Assembly: GCF_006345805.1 (NCBI RefSeq)
Contig: NC_043017.1
Span: 14,942,001-15,006,000, forward strand
Direction: 5' to 3'
From: Octopus sinensis
Lineage: Eukaryota
Length of the DNA: 64,000 nt
A program made the position numbers and the translations under genes. Every line of letters starts with the position of its first letter. The stretch's first letter is position 1. Below the pieces are notes generated by a model that was not told the origin of the DNA, did not search any database, and saw only the letters and a program-made list of their open reading frames with translations. This document shows positions 61,680 to 64,000 of the stretch, piece after piece.

Positions 61680-62509
61680 CATGTGCACTTGTATGTAATC
61701 AGAGAAATCTGATGTCGACATGCACAAACACGTCCAACGAACCGATACAATTCGGTTACAACATGAAACTATTGATACGTTTAATCAATCTTGATCGAAA
61801 ACCAGAGAAAAGACAAAGATATGATCATAGCGAATATACATACAAACATACGAATAACATACATGATTTGTGTGTGTGTGTGGATATATATGTTCACACA
61901 CTCTCTCTCCAATACACAAGCACACATATATTGTTTCAAATTTTGACACAACGCCAGCAATTTCCAGGGAAGGCGTAAGTCGATAACATCGATCCCACTA
62001 CTCGATGGGTACTCATTATGGACCCTACTTTCCCTCCTAACAAAAAGATAAAGCGAAGAAAACGCTGCACTGAATACGGTTACCAATTTTGTAACACTCT
62101 ACATATTTCAACTGCCGAGAGAGATTCATGCAGTGTTTATATGTTTATATATATATATACATATATATATATACATAAACAAACATACACTATACAGTAT
62201 GGCGTCAGTAACATTCTTGTTTAACAACAATAAAATATAGGGTAACCCATCGAACTAATGTAAAATTGTAACGTTGAAAGAGATAGGAGGCTAAACAATG
62301 CAAAATGGACTGTAAGATGTCTATTTGCATTGTTTAGCCTCCTATCTCTTTCAACGTTACTCATCGGGTACAATGCTTGAAGCAAACTATAACATTTTAT
62401 TAATGTCAAATTGTTTTTATTATAACTGAATAAGAAAAAAAAAACATTAATGCACGTACACACACACACACACACACACATGTATATATAAATCATTTAA
62501 AACAATTCA

Positions 62510-62639
62510 ATTCGGTTTCCGTGCTACTTCAAATTTCGCAGGGTCCTGACAGAACCGAATCATTCGACCATTCAAGAAACCTGAAGGAGATGGGCTCTGT
62601 TAGGGGCCTTCAAAATTTGAAGGAACACGGAAACCGAAT
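62510..62639. mobile_element. Foldback/MITE with ~47-bp imperfect arms
   Basis: ATTCGGTTTCCGTG...CCTGACAGAACC vs reverse complement of GGCTCTGTTAGG...CACGGAAACCGAAT. Confidence 0.7.
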
Positions 62640-62983
62640 GAAACTGTTAAATATTATTTGTAACTGCTACTAAATGTGTTGAGTGCCTTTTCCTTTCGTT
62701 TGTCCACTCCCTCGTGTGTGTGTGAGAGTAAATACAGAGTTGACCGTTGATATCATTTCCTTAAAGACTACACATGTATTTCGCGATTTAAATTACCTGG
62801 GTCTCTAAGAGTTGAAGAATAAAGGCGGCATCTTTTGTGATGAGATGGCAACCAACCACGAAACAAATCACTAAAATCTCCTTTTACATCAGAGAAAAGA
62901 AAGAATTGATTGACATCGTATTCACTCTCCACGTGGTAAAGAGTTGAAATAAATAATTGTAAATCATTCACATGTCATTATAT

Positions 62984-63025
<42 letters not shown>

Positions 63026-63044
63026 CATGGTCGCAGCTCTGAGC

Positions 63045-63080
<36 letters not shown>

Positions 63081-63331
63081 CAGAATCGGACAAAAACGCA
63101 AAACTTTCAAGTAGACGATACAAAAAACGGACGGGTCATTCGAAGCCTCTAATCTTCAGTCAAGAACCGGATCATCCTCGCAATTTCGGCGAGGTAAAAC
63201 TAAGCTACGAGCATTAGATTTCTTGGAAAAGGATTGAATGTATACGAAACAAGAACAGAAAAAAGGGACGATGTTACACGAATATAGATAAAAAACAAAC
63301 AAAAAATAATACGAATATAAATACAAAAAAC

Positions 63332-63362
<31 letters not shown>

Positions 63363-63504
63363 GGACAAAAACAACAGGCGTCTTTTTACTTTAGACAGTT
63401 CAACTTAGCTGGCGTATTTCAAAAATAATGCCTTACGGCATGTTGTCGATGTTGTCGTGACGCTGGTCAGAAGCCGAAAGGCTATAGTTGACCGGCGGTC
63501 ACGT

Positions 63505-63790
63505 GAGAAGAGAAGAGAGAGAAAAAAGAGGCAAAGGAATTAAAGAGAGGGAGAAGAGAGAGAAAAAGAGGGACAAAGGTATTAAGGAGGGGGAGATGAG
63601 AGAGAAAGAAGGAATTAAGGAGGGGAGAGAAAGAGAGCGTGCCAAGGATTGGCGGGACAAAAGAAAGGCAAAGTAAGAAAGGCAGAGATATGTGAGAGAG
63701 TGGGGAAAGAGGAGACCAAAAAGAGGCGAGAAAAGAGAAAGAGAAAGACAGAGACAAGTGAAGTAGAAATTAAGAAAGACAGAGAAACTG
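63505..63790. repeat. Purine-rich (GA/GAA) low-complexity tract
   Basis: Directly visible. Confidence 0.9.
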
Positions 63791-63829
63791 TGTGTAGAAG
63801 TCGTACAGAGTTTAGTGGAATGCTTACAT

Positions 63830-64000
63830 ACATATAAGAGAACAAGGTGTACGTACGCCGCAATAATATATGATTGATTGATTCTAGTTTCAGCTCACGA
63901 GCTGTGGCCATGCTGGGGCACCGCCATATATGTATAAAAATGTATATAAAATACAATATATATATATATATATGCACCTACACCTTGTTCTCTTATATGT
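63830..64000. repeat. Perfect 22-bp inverted repeat enclosing a SINE B fragment; may extend past the window end
   Basis: ACATATAAGAGAACAAGGTGTA (63830-63851) and TACACCTTGTTCTCTTATATGT (63979-64000). Confidence 0.85.

Noticed and set aside
63130-63165. Minus-strand CTGAAGA followed by GAAT
   Set aside because: GAAA, helix III and stem I are missing.

Overview
Eukaryotic, AT-rich, repeat-dense DNA with one 100-N scaffold gap (16429-16528). The tRNA-derived SINE families and the (TA)n, (CA)n, (GATA)n and (AAT)n microsatellite load resemble octopus/cephalopod genomes; this is an inference from repeat style, not a database match. I found no intact host protein-coding gene. Nearly all listed ORFs are microsatellite read-throughs or decayed transposon fragments (mariner, Tc1, RTE, RLE-type LINE, L1/Tx1-like ORF1). 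The main unannotated signal is a set of type I hammerhead ribozyme (HHR) motifs from several unrelated sequence families. Six have an intact or compensated catalytic core (23856, 24449, 31810, 39232, 41100, 57432) and about six more are variant or decayed. Two sit in more-than-one-unit direct repeats inserted into microsatellites: a 593-bp unit x1.75 carrying two canonical HHRs, and a 364-bp unit x1.27 carrying a U3-A8 compensatory variant at the tip of a long rod-like hairpin next to a perfect 39-bp-arm palindrome. This is the architecture expected of retrozymes or Penelope-like pLTR elements that release small, possibly circular, RNAs. All folds were deduced by eye and no activity is shown.
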